DNA of 64,000 nt from a virus (IMGVR_UViG_3300035156_000038:21726-85725), one strand, 5' to 3'; shown: positions 18,671-26,986, numbered from the stretch's first letter. A program made the numbers and translations. The notes: generated by a model from the sequence alone, not told the origin.

Positions 18671-19012
18671 TTAGCCTTCCAGCGAATCGTTCAGGATGGT
18701 GTACAGATTGCCACGTTCGATGGTGACTTCCGTACCAGACAGCTTATCGTCTTCTTCCTTCGGTTGGATGTCGTCCCAACGGGCCTTCAGGTACTTCGCC
18801 AATTCCGGCTTAGGCAGTTTGAACGTAATCGCCATACCTTCCACGGTTTCTTTGAAGTTGGTAGCAGATTCCTTAGCAGCCTTCTTAGCTTTGTCTTCCG
18901 CATCCAGTTCACCCATAGCCCACTTCACACGGGCTTGGAACAGTTCTTTGTCAATCGTCGCGGTGTGTTTGCCGAACGACACGCTTACTACTTCTTTTAC
19001 AGCTTCAGTCAT
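18671..19012 (-). CDS. hypothetical protein
   Basis: 113 aa; RBS AAGGAAGTAAGATG. Confidence 0.45.
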   Translation of the reverse strand: MTEAVKEVVSVSFGKHTATIDKELFQARVKWAMGELDAEDKAKKAAKESATNFKETVEGMAITFKLPKPELAKYLKARWDDIQPKEEDDKLSGTEVTIERGNLYTILNDSLEG

Positions 19013-19029
19013 CTTACTTCCTTTTCAAT

Positions 19030-19206
19030 TAAACAAACAAGCCCAGAACCACGCCCAGTGGTGCGAAGATTACGCCGATAGCACGGGCCAGTTCCAGAAT
19101 ACCCCAAACGTCAGCCCCTACGAGCTTGACAATGTTAGCGATCCAGCCGCCAACGGTGACGACGATCATAAACAACCAAATGCCAATTGCTACGAGTCCG
19201 TACATT
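19030..19206 (-). CDS. small membrane protein (~58 aa)
   Basis: Sub-threshold ORF MYGLVAIGIWLFMIVVTVGGW… with RBS AAAGGAGAAATAAAATG. Coordinates approximate. Confidence 0.35.
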
Positions 19207-19217
19207 TTATTTCTCCT

Positions 19218-19649
19218 TTAATTATTAACCAACACCATAAACTTCTCACGATCAGCGACCAGTTGGAGTTGCCGTTGACGTTCTTCTTCAGCTTCTACTC
19301 GCTCTTTGTACTTCAAGTAGCAGCTAACCATGTAAGACTTCTCATCTGGTGTCATCCAGCCTGCTTGACAGGTGTAGACGGTTTCAAAGTCCCAGCCAGT
19401 GTAGACGGTGAAGACCACTTGCAAAGCCTTAGCTTTGTGTGTGAAGACTTCAATACCCACGTGGCTACGCGGTCTACTGCGATCTTCCAAGACCCATTCA
19501 CCAGTCTCCAAGATGGATTTAGCAAGGCTGATAACAGGTTCACCGACTACGGGGTTCTTTGCTTGAAGGCTTTCGGCAACCATATCCGAAATACTTTCCG
19601 TAGGCTTCTTATCTTCACCGAAGAAGTTCTTCAGCCATTTAAGTATCAT
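19218..19649 (-). CDS. hypothetical protein
   Basis: 143 aa; overlaps the upstream macro gene start (coupled). Confidence 0.45.
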   Translation of the reverse strand: MILKWLKNFFGEDKKPTESISDMVAESLQAKNPVVGEPVISLAKSILETGEWVLEDRSRPRSHVGIEVFTHKAKALQVVFTVYTGWDFETVYTCQAGWMTPDEKSYMVSCYLKYKERVEAEEERQRQLQLVADREKFMVLVNN

Positions 19650-20122
19650 TGTTCATCCTCTTTGATCCACAGGGTAGCGTTGTGAGCATGGAAGACAGCT
19701 TCGAAGATAGCGATAAGACGCTTCCTGTCACCGTTTGCCAGCCCACCGCCAATCAGCGGAAGGTGGATCGGGATTGCTGGCATGTATTGATCTACATACT
19801 TCAGCACGTTTTGCAGGCCACAGATAACCGCATCGTAGTCCACGTACACCTTGTAGGGATTACGTCCGTACTCTGCTTGGGTAATCACGTTAGCAATGCA
19901 GCGATCAGCGTAGGGGTTTTCCCAGATGATAGCTTGGCCCAGCTTCAGACCGTAGCGACGTTCAGCCTGCTTGTACACAAGGTACGCTTCCGGGTGAAGG
20001 TCTTTGATGATCTTCGCCACGCCACTACCCATCACGCCCTTGGCGTTACAGCCGTGGAGAACCAACGTACGCTTACCAGCCGTGGCGTTGAACAGGTCGC
20101 CAATTTGAATGTCAAGTGCCAT
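19646..20122 (-). CDS. macrodomain protein (ADP-ribose binding/processing)
   Basis: 158 aa; LVLHGCNAKGVMGSGVAKII… matches the macro-domain Gly-rich ADP-ribose-binding loop (NAAN…GGGV). Confidence 0.7.
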   Translation of the reverse strand: MALDIQIGDLFNATAGKRTLVLHGCNAKGVMGSGVAKIIKDLHPEAYLVYKQAERRYGLKLGQAIIWENPYADRCIANVITQAEYGRNPYKVYVDYDAVICGLQNVLKYVDQYMPAIPIHLPLIGGGLANGDRKRLIAIFEAVFHAHNATLWIKEDEQ

Positions 20123-20204
20123 TCTTCTTTCCTTTCTTCTTAACGTTGCCCATAGATACGCAGTGGGAACATTTGCAAGAACACTTCTTAGCCATGCTTG
20201 CTCC

Positions 20205-20468
20205 TTAGTTTACAATTGAATCCTTGTAGCATTCTGCCATATCGAAAAGCGCCCGTTCGCGTCCAATCACGGCCATACGCTTAACGGGGCTGGTAAGGTA
20301 GAACGAATTACCAGCATACTTTCCGTTAAGTTGAACAGCAGTGATTACGTCCGGTTCTTCCAATTCAAGAATCTTAAATAGTGCTAGCTCCGGGCCTTCA
20401 TCGCCTGTGTCAGAGTATAACACAAACTGCCCAGTAGCTAGCGGAATGCCGAACATATCCACTAGCAT
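20205..20468 (-). CDS. hypothetical protein
   Basis: 87 aa. Confidence 0.4.
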   Translation of the reverse strand: MLVDMFGIPLATGQFVLYSDTGDEGPELALFKILELEEPDVITAVQLNGKYAGNSFYLTSPVKRMAVIGRERALFDMAECYKDSIVN

Positions 20469-20484
20469 ACTACACTCCTAGCTA

Positions 20485-21870
20485 TTACACAATGTAGAAA
20501 CGCTTGCCGTATGCAGCGGTAGGGCCTGCATCGTACTGCTTCTTACCTTGCACGGTAGCTTGTGCACGGGCCATATCGCGGGTGTCGTAGAACGCAGCAT
20601 TCAGGGGTGCAACGTGGTAGCGAACACGGCCACCATCGGTAGGCAGGATCGGGCGTGGTGCACCGAAGAAGCCAGCAGGAGCAGCAGTTTTAGCAATCAC
20701 TTGCGCTTGGGTCGGGACAGCTTTCTTAGCAACCTTTTGTGGGTGCGGGGTAGGCTTGTTCGACACAGGCACGGCAGGCAGTTCGATTTCAGCAGGCTTC
20801 TTCGGTTGCAGGTACGCCAGATCAGCTTCGGTAAATGGCACGCCGATAGCTTCCCAGTAAACCACACCAGTGTCGCCCACCAGATGACGATTCACCGACG
20901 ACGACTGGATAAAGATGTCGAAGTTGCCGTGGTCGCCCGGATGCAGACGAACGTTGCTATCGGTAGGCAGGCCCAGCATTTGACGCGGGATGTCCTTACC
21001 TTGCTTGTCCTTACCGCCGTAAATCTTCTTGGTAGTACGGTCACGAACCAGAATCATCTTCGAAGGCTGCACACGTGCTTCCGTCTTGGTAAGCTGGTAG
21101 AAAGCAGCGCCCTTCAGGTATTGCATACGCTTAGTCAGGATGAAGTCACGGATTTCCAGCTTTTCACCAACAGCCAACGAAGGCACAACGTACAGCGAAA
21201 CGTCTTTGGTAACGTCAACCAGCGACGAAGTATCCACTGCACCAGCTTGAGCGTAGAACACGGTAGACGACTTCTGACCAGTTGCACGGGCAGCGTAGAA
21301 GTTGTTGAACGCCGCTTCGGTAGCCTGAGTCGAGTTAGCGAAGCCTGCTGCGGTTTGATCCCATGCTTGGATGTTACCCCGTGGGATGCCGATGCCAGCC
21401 AGCGTATCAACTTCGTTAGCAGGAACGCGGAACACGAAAGTCCAACGACCGTCACGCTGCGTCAGTTCGCGGATAGCTGCTGCTACGTCCGCACCACCGC
21501 CCTGAGTGTCACCGCCGTCAGTGGTCATCAGTACGACGAACGACACGTTAGGATCGGCGTAGTCAGGCATCGACTTAGCGAGCTTGATGATTTCCAGCAC
21601 GGTACGGAACAGCGGAGTGCCGCCCTGTGCAGGCCAGTTAGCCATAGGTTGCAGAACGTGCGGGTTCGAATTCACGATTTGACGGGTGATGCCACCGGGG
21701 CCGATACCGAAGCCGAACACCGAAACGATGGTGTCTTGCATTTGCTTGGTAGAAGCTTCCTTGACTGCCTTGATGTTTGCATTGAAGTCACGCTTCGCTG
21801 CGCTGGTCAGGCCGTGCATCGAACCCGAGTGATCGTTACCGAAAAAGATGTAATTCTTGATATGCGACAT
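20485..21870 (-). CDS. von Willebrand factor A (vWA) domain protein
   Basis: N-terminal IFFGNDHSGSM…T…TDGGD resembles a MIDAS motif (DxSxS…T…D); 461 aa; RBS AAAGGAGAAATACAATATG. Confidence 0.6.
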   Translation of the reverse strand: MSHIKNYIFFGNDHSGSMHGLTSAAKRDFNANIKAVKEASTKQMQDTIVSVFGFGIGPGGITRQIVNSNPHVLQPMANWPAQGGTPLFRTVLEIIKLAKSMPDYADPNVSFVVLMTTDGGDTQGGGADVAAAIRELTQRDGRWTFVFRVPANEVDTLAGIGIPRGNIQAWDQTAAGFANSTQATEAAFNNFYAARATGQKSSTVFYAQAGAVDTSSLVDVTKDVSLYVVPSLAVGEKLEIRDFILTKRMQYLKGAAFYQLTKTEARVQPSKMILVRDRTTKKIYGGKDKQGKDIPRQMLGLPTDSNVRLHPGDHGNFDIFIQSSSVNRHLVGDTGVVYWEAIGVPFTEADLAYLQPKKPAEIELPAVPVSNKPTPHPQKVAKKAVPTQAQVIAKTAAPAGFFGAPRPILPTDGGRVRYHVAPLNAAFYDTRDMARAQATVQGKKQYDAGPTAAYGKRFYIV

Positions 21871-21970
21871 ATTGTATTTCTCCTTTTAGTTTACCCTTTC
21901 GGGCTGAAATGGACTCGCTATCTTTAAAGCGAGCCGCTAGTTTACTACGTTCCTACCTAACTTGCAAGCT

Positions 21971-23602
21971 TTATCCGTGAAGACGTTGCTTGATTTCTGC
22001 GAAGGTTTGGAAGTTAACAACCTTACCATCACGGAACACTTCTTTAAGCTGACCGCTTTCTTCTTGGAACGGACGCTGGCAATCGTACAGCACGAAGTTG
22101 TCACCTTCCTTTTCCACACGCAGCAGGCCCTTAGCGGACTTCTTCGAACCCGAGTCGGTAGCCGGGTCTTTCTGGATGTCGCGTTCTTCGCCGTTGACGA
22201 TGCCCCACGTAGCCTTGACGGCCATGCCGAACGTGTCACGGGTGATGTACTGGTAGGTGTAGCTACCAATGCCGAACACTACGTTGCCAGCCGAGAAGCC
22301 TTTATCCATCAAGCGTTGCAGGATGGTTTCACAGCGTTCCAGCGTAATGCTATCGCCGTAGATCAGGCCCACGTGACGGTCGATGGTCTTGAAACCCTTG
22401 TCGGTCACAGTGCCGCCGAACTCATCCCAGAGGCATTCGACAGCGCCCTTGACTACGTGTTCTGGAATCTCTTTGCCTAGACGCAGCGTATCGCTAGAGC
22501 TAGCATCGAATTCGTAGAACTTACCTTCGTACTTAACTGCATCGTAGTCATCTTCGAATTCCCATGCAACACACTCGCCCACGTGCAGGTCAGTGATTTC
22601 TTTGACCTTCAGACCAGTAAGAATCTTGACAGGATCGCCCGAGTCAGGACGGAACACAACCTTGGCGTTACCAAACGCGTCTTCCTTACGGGCCAGAATT
22701 TCGGCCTTAAGCAGCTTGGTAAAGCGGGTGATGACAGCCCAGAAGTCCCACGTATCCGACACGATGGACACGATACCCGATGGGTAGGTTTCGGTAATCA
22801 GACGGCGGAAAGTACCCACTTCGTCTTCCTTACCACCCATGCACATTACTGAGTGTTCTGTTGCCGGGACGCTACCAGCTACAAGTTCCTTCGTAACGTC
22901 AGCACCGTAGTAGTCTTCCAGATAGTCGATTGCCAACAGGGCATCGGTTCCCGAACCAGCGCACATCAGGTGGGCTGCACCGCACTTAGCGGAGTCAGCA
23001 CGCCCCGACATACCACGCATCGAGAAGTCATGCGCTTGCCAGTTGACGAACATTGGGTCGCTACCAGTCAGCGTAGCATACTTGTTAATCAGGCGGCGGT
23101 ATTCGAACGCGATGGTGCCAACGGTGATCGGCTTCCACAGTTCGCACGAAAGAACCGTTTCCAGATAGTTAGTAAGCCAGAAGAAGGCCGGGTGCGTGTT
23201 ACGGATCGTCAGGAACGGAACCTTGATGTCCACACGCGAACCTTCATCCAGAGCCTTGATGACGATAGGCAGGTAGCCAAGATCGTGCAGGGCTGCGATG
23301 TGGTCAACTCGTACCGAGTCTGGGCCAAGGAAGGCGTCACAACGGCGCTTGTATTCTGCCACTACTTCAGCTTTAGGACGCTGGAAGAAGCCTTCGTTCC
23401 ATTCTTCGATCAGGAATTCCATCGTGAAGCCTTGCAGGCCAGTGAACACGACTTTACCATCAAAGGTAGAAGGCATACGGGCGTGGGTCAGGCTACGAGC
23501 CGTGAAGTTCGAATAGACGTACTCCGTACCTTTCGGGTATTGGTCGATGTGGCCGAGCTTGTAGCTATCGAGGGCCAGATGTGGGCGACGTTTCATTATC
23601 AC
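21971..23602 (-). CDS. nicotinamide phosphoribosyltransferase-family protein (NadV/Namat-like)
   Basis: 543 aa; N-terminal 'LDSYKLGH…YPKGTEYVYSNFTAR' is the NAMPT signature (DSYK); length fits. Confidence 0.8.
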   Translation of the reverse strand: MIMKRRPHLALDSYKLGHIDQYPKGTEYVYSNFTARSLTHARMPSTFDGKVVFTGLQGFTMEFLIEEWNEGFFQRPKAEVVAEYKRRCDAFLGPDSVRVDHIAALHDLGYLPIVIKALDEGSRVDIKVPFLTIRNTHPAFFWLTNYLETVLSCELWKPITVGTIAFEYRRLINKYATLTGSDPMFVNWQAHDFSMRGMSGRADSAKCGAAHLMCAGSGTDALLAIDYLEDYYGADVTKELVAGSVPATEHSVMCMGGKEDEVGTFRRLITETYPSGIVSIVSDTWDFWAVITRFTKLLKAEILARKEDAFGNAKVVFRPDSGDPVKILTGLKVKEITDLHVGECVAWEFEDDYDAVKYEGKFYEFDASSSDTLRLGKEIPEHVVKGAVECLWDEFGGTVTDKGFKTIDRHVGLIYGDSITLERCETILQRLMDKGFSAGNVVFGIGSYTYQYITRDTFGMAVKATWGIVNGEERDIQKDPATDSGSKKSAKGLLRVEKEGDNFVLYDCQRPFQEESGQLKEVFRDGKVVNFQTFAEIKQRLHG

Positions 23603-24015
23603 TCTCCTTGTTCAACTGCTGCGATTTGTGCTTGGATACGGGCGATAGCTAACGCCTTATCCGTCATGGCGCGGCCACTTCCGTAGGAGCCTGAACCGAG
23701 ACTTTCATCGCGGCGACCGTCTGCGTAGGTTGCAAAGAGGCTGTACCACGCGTCAGGCCCGAACATTTTATCGGTGTCGGCTTCACGTACGTCAATGTCC
23801 AGACCGTTTATTTCAACCATGAAGGTATTTGTGCTCCACGGAATCAGCGCCATACCTTGTGATTGGAAGTGTGGCAAGGAAGCGGCAAGGCCAGCCGTGC
23901 AGAACAACGTGCCGCACGGTTCCTTCCGGGCATACGAAGACAGGTCAAAGTTCGCTTCCGGCTGGGCTTGCACAGCGCCCAGCAGGGTAAACAGATTTTT
24001 CAAAACTTGGTTCAT
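23599..24015 (-). CDS. small protein, paralog A (PCGTLFCxAGLAA motif), coupled to the NAMPT-like gene
   Basis: 138 aa; RBS AAGGAGAAGAAAATG; stop overlaps the Namat start; paralog of 25299..25694. Confidence 0.55.
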   Translation of the reverse strand: MNQVLKNLFTLLGAVQAQPEANFDLSSYARKEPCGTLFCTAGLAASLPHFQSQGMALIPWSTNTFMVEINGLDIDVREADTDKMFGPDAWYSLFATYADGRRDESLGSGSYGSGRAMTDKALAIARIQAQIAAVEQGE

Positions 24016-24041
24016 TTTCTTCTCCTTATATGTGTCGTTAA

Positions 24042-24437
24042 TTAACGGCGGCGCTTCGACAGGCTCACGCGGCTGCTGGATTTGCTGCTGCTAGCGAAGC
24101 GGCTGGTGAAGGTTGCTGGACGGCTACGGTTGATAACCGTCTTCTGAACCACCGTCTTGTTGATGATGGTTTGACGCACTGGTGCACGGCCATAGCCACG
24201 GTCGTAGTCGGAACCACGCGAGCCACCACCGCTAAGTGCCATGCCAGCCATAGCGCCCAGAGCCATGCTACCCGCGTCGATGCCGCCGCTTTCTTGCTGG
24301 ACAACGACAGGCTGTGCCGGGGCTTGTTGAGCCGGGGCGGCGATAACTTGTGGCTGTTGGATTGGTTGGGGTGCAGGGCCGCAAGCCGACAGGGCAGCAG
24401 CGAACAGGGTAGCGATAGCGATTTTCGATTTGAACAT
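24042..24437 (-). CDS. lipoprotein (Gly/Ala/Pro-rich, basic C-terminus)
   Basis: Signal peptide plus lipobox LSAC; 131 aa; RBS AAGGAGAATCAAAATG. Confidence 0.55.
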   Translation of the reverse strand: MFKSKIAIATLFAAALSACGPAPQPIQQPQVIAAPAQQAPAQPVVVQQESGGIDAGSMALGAMAGMALSGGGSRGSDYDRGYGRAPVRQTIINKTVVQKTVINRSRPATFTSRFASSSKSSSRVSLSKRRR

Positions 24438-24465
24438 TTTGATTCTCCTTGGTTAAGTTGGTTGG

Positions 24466-25293
24466 TTAAACTACTACTACTTTGCCGCTTGCTACGGCTG
24501 CTTTGCCAGTAGCGCCGACAGGATTAGAAGTATATAAGCTATCTACCAATCCGTCAAACACTTTTTCACCAGCCGAGAAGATGCCGTGGGTTACATACAA
24601 CATAACTTTGCCAGTGGTCAGCTTGCGTAGCTCCTTAGCTAACTCCGTGAAGGTACGGCCACCGTCGCAGATGTCGTCCACGATCAGGAAGTCCTTATCT
24701 CCTACAGGCTCGCTGTACACTACGGTTCCCGTAATCTTACCCGACAGTACATCACGGGTCTTATCTGCACGAACAACGTTAGCATAACCGTACTCTTTGG
24801 CTATTGCAAGCACTTTCTTGTTAGCGCCTGCGTCTGGGCTAACTAGGATAGTTTGCCTGTTAGCGTGGTGGCTCATACCGAGGAAGTCGAACTTCGAATC
24901 CACGTGCATCAGGTTATCCAGTAGTGCAACGCCGACATCCGAGTGGATATTAAAGCACTGAACGGCACTGAACTTAAGGCCGTTGATGAAGTCGCAAGCA
25001 ACCTTCACAGACAGGCTTTCACCACGGGCGCACACACGGTCTTGGCGAGCGTATGGAAGGTACGGCATCTGCAATTCAATCAGGATGTCGTGCCCGAGTT
25101 CCCGGCGTACTGCGTCCACCAGCAGTGCCAGATTAAACAGGTCGTCGTTACCTTCAAATTCCAGCGTGATTTCTGCGAATGACGGCTGGTGTTCCACGGC
25201 TTCGGCGTCGATTTTGATAAACGTTTCCCCGGCAGGGAAGCGGCGAATCACGATAGATACATCCTTGTTGTCTACGGACAGTTGCAGGCTCAT
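24466..25293 (-). CDS. ribose-phosphate pyrophosphokinase-family protein (PRPP synthetase / Adps-like)
   Basis: PYLPYARQDR and LIVDDICDGGRTF are the PRS catalytic-flag and PRPP-binding motifs; 275 aa. Confidence 0.8.
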   Translation of the reverse strand: MSLQLSVDNKDVSIVIRRFPAGETFIKIDAEAVEHQPSFAEITLEFEGNDDLFNLALLVDAVRRELGHDILIELQMPYLPYARQDRVCARGESLSVKVACDFINGLKFSAVQCFNIHSDVGVALLDNLMHVDSKFDFLGMSHHANRQTILVSPDAGANKKVLAIAKEYGYANVVRADKTRDVLSGKITGTVVYSEPVGDKDFLIVDDICDGGRTFTELAKELRKLTTGKVMLYVTHGIFSAGEKVFDGLVDSLYTSNPVGATGKAAVASGKVVVV

Positions 25294-25298
25294 GTTTA

Positions 25299-25694
25299 TT
25301 ACTCCTTGGTTGTTTGTTCATTGGCTTTGTATTCCGCGATACGGTACTTCAGACGGGCGATAGCAAGCTGCTTATGGGTCAGTTTATCCCAGCCCAAATC
25401 TTCATCCAACCCGCCGCCACCCGCGTACTGGAACAGTTCGCTCATGGAGTTGGGGCCGAACAGGGGATCGCCACCACCGTCCCACACGGAAGTGCCGTTA
25501 AGGCTTGGGTCGCCGTCCCAGACCATGCCTAGTGCTTGGAATCGTGGCATGTTAGCAGCCAGCCCCGCTACACAGAATAGTGTACCGCAGGGCCTTTCCA
25601 TACGGAAGTTGTCAAGGTTGAACAGGCGTTCTGGCTGTGCTTCGACAGCAGCTAGCAGGGCTTCCAGATTTTCGATAATTGCTTGGTTACTCAT
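25299..25694 (-). CDS. small protein, paralog B (PCGTLFCxAGLAA motif), coupled to the PRS-like gene
   Basis: Start set at MSNQAI (RBS GAAGGAGAAGAACATG); 131 aa; shares LxAVEAQPE…PCGTLFCxAGLAA…P.FQ..GM with 23599..24015. Confidence 0.55.
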   Translation of the reverse strand: MSNQAIIENLEALLAAVEAQPERLFNLDNFRMERPCGTLFCVAGLAANMPRFQALGMVWDGDPSLNGTSVWDGGGDPLFGPNSMSELFQYAGGGGLDEDLGWDKLTHKQLAIARLKYRIAEYKANEQTTKE

Positions 25695-25821
25695 GTTCTT
25701 CTCCTTCGGGTTCGCCCGAGAACGGGCAGTTGGTTGGCCCCGGACAAGTGCCGGGCAGTTCATCGCCGCACACGCAGCGGGTTAGCTTCTTACGTGGGCG
25801 AACTTCGTAGTCGTTCGGGTC

Positions 25822-25995
25822 GTCAAGGGTGGGTGGCTGCGAGAACACCGAGCGCCCCTCCAAGCAACATGCAAATTGCACACATGGTACGTGCTTCTTG
25901 CGACCAGTATTGAATACTCATCGTCACATTGCCAAAAGAAAACAGCAGGAAGATAAGGGCTGCACCGCCGAAGAAGCCAATCAGGTTCTTAGTCA
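25822..25995 (-). CDS. small membrane protein (~57 aa)
   Basis: Sub-threshold ORF MTKNLIGFFGGAALIFLLF… with RBS AAGGAGTAACGAATG, downstream of the 26028–26056 promoter. Approximate. Confidence 0.3.
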
Positions 25996-26027
25996 TTCGT
26001 TACTCCTTAGTTACTTAAGATAAAGCT

Positions 26028-26056
26028 AGTATGCCTGCTTCCTACTTAGCTGTCAA
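26028..26056 (-). promoter_or_regulatory. sigma70-type promoter (leftward)
   Basis: Minus strand: TTGACA - 17 - CATACT. Confidence 0.5.
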
Positions 26057-26524
26057 GCTGTTTGGCAAAATAATTTCAATGCCAAGACGTTCCAGTTTGT
26101 CGTATAGGTCAACGCTAATCTTCCGCACAGGGAACACGATACTGCGCTTGCCGAGGCTTGCCATGTAGGTAGCCATATCCAAGCTACCCGTGCTTACTCC
26201 GTCCCACACAACAAGGGCTGCATCTGCGAAGTCGCCCATATCGTGATTACGTTGGATGCCAGCCATGACGTTGTACTTACCCCGGCTGTTCTTCTTAACA
26301 ACAGCGCCCGGAGCCTTGATGTTGTCCCAGTCAGCCGGGAAGTCGTGAATCTTCAAGCCAGCTTTCTTGGCAATCTCTTCGCCCAGCGTATCTACGCCCT
26401 TGGCCTTGCCGCTGACAACTTCGATAGCCTTGCCGTGTTCGGCCCAGAGGCCCGATTCAATAAGCGCACGCTTAACGGTGTCGTAGCTAGTGATGCTGCG
26501 GCTACCCGCGATGATAAGTTTCAT
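26042..26524 (-). CDS. SLOG-fold protein, DUF2493-like (predicted nucleotide/ligand binding)
   Basis: Start set at MKLIIAGSR (GGAG RBS); MKLIIAGSRS…VVSGKAKGVD…G pattern fits DUF2493/SLOG. Confidence 0.55.
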   Translation of the reverse strand: MKLIIAGSRSITSYDTVKRALIESGLWAEHGKAIEVVSGKAKGVDTLGEEIAKKAGLKIHDFPADWDNIKAPGAVVKKNSRGKYNVMAGIQRNHDMGDFADAALVVWDGVSTGSLDMATYMASLGKRSIVFPVRKISVDLYDKLERLGIEIILPNSLTAK

Positions 26525-26525
26525 G

Positions 26526-26765
26526 TTAGCTCCAAACGAAGTACAGTGCAACGAGTGCCACTACCAGAGTGATAGCACGATGCAGGGTTGATGTTTCTTT
26601 GTCATTGATGGGACAGAACGCGTACAGCATTCCGAAGCTGGTAATAAAGTAGGTAGCTACGATAGCCCCAGCGATTTTGAGTATTGCTTCCATTATTGTT
26701 CCTTTGCCCACTTGATAGCAGCCACAACGACATCGCCGTGGCAAGCCTTCGGATAGCAATAACAC
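26526..26765 (-). CDS. small membrane protein
   Basis: 79 aa, two hydrophobic helices. Confidence 0.4.
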   Translation of the reverse strand: MLLLSEGLPRRCRCGCYQVGKGTIMEAILKIAGAIVATYFITSFGMLYAFCPINDKETSTLHRAITLVVALVALYFVWS

Positions 26766-26986
26766 GCAAGCCGCTTCCCGTCCAGAGAACGTAAGTAGTC
26801 AAGCGTGATCTTGCCACGTTTTATTTCTCGCCATAGATACCTACGGTAGAGTTCGATAGCCACTTGCCGGGTAATCCCCGCCTCTTCGTTGATAGCGTAG
26901 ATATTCCCTAACGGCGATCCCCGGCCTATGTAGACATCATACTCTTGGTAGTGCTTGTTAACTACGGTTGCCACGAAGTTCCTCAC
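26693..26986 (-). CDS. DUF4326-like protein
   Basis: 97 aa; YIGRGS…GN…CYC.P..CHGD pattern as in DUF4326; overlaps neighbours. Confidence 0.45.
   Translation of the reverse strand: MRNFVATVVNKHYQEYDVYIGRGSPLGNIYAINEEAGITRQVAIELYRRYLWREIKRGKITLDYLRSLDGKRLACYCYPKACHGDVVVAAIKWAKEQ

Noticed and set aside
18696-19685. 329-aa + strand ORF overlapping several − strand genes
   Set aside because: No RBS, Ser/Leu/Phe-rich shadow composition; it would be transcribed against the terminator-defined leftward unit.
20115-20195. 27-aa Cys-rich peptide ORF (MAKKCSCKCSHCVSMGNVKKKGKKNGT) between 20205..20468 and the macro gene
   Set aside because: Too short to call without conservation evidence; weak RBS; it overlaps the macro start codon.
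20548-21927. 459-aa ORF on the + strand antisense to the vWA gene
   Set aside because: No RBS; Arg/Ser/Leu-rich shadow-ORF composition; the − strand ORF has an RBS, the MIDAS motif and operon context.
25687-25881. 64-aa Cys-rich − strand ORF in the leader of the NARP operon
   Set aside because: No RBS and it overlaps in another frame with an RBS-supported 57-aa membrane ORF (25822..25995). Kept as ambiguous rather than annotated.
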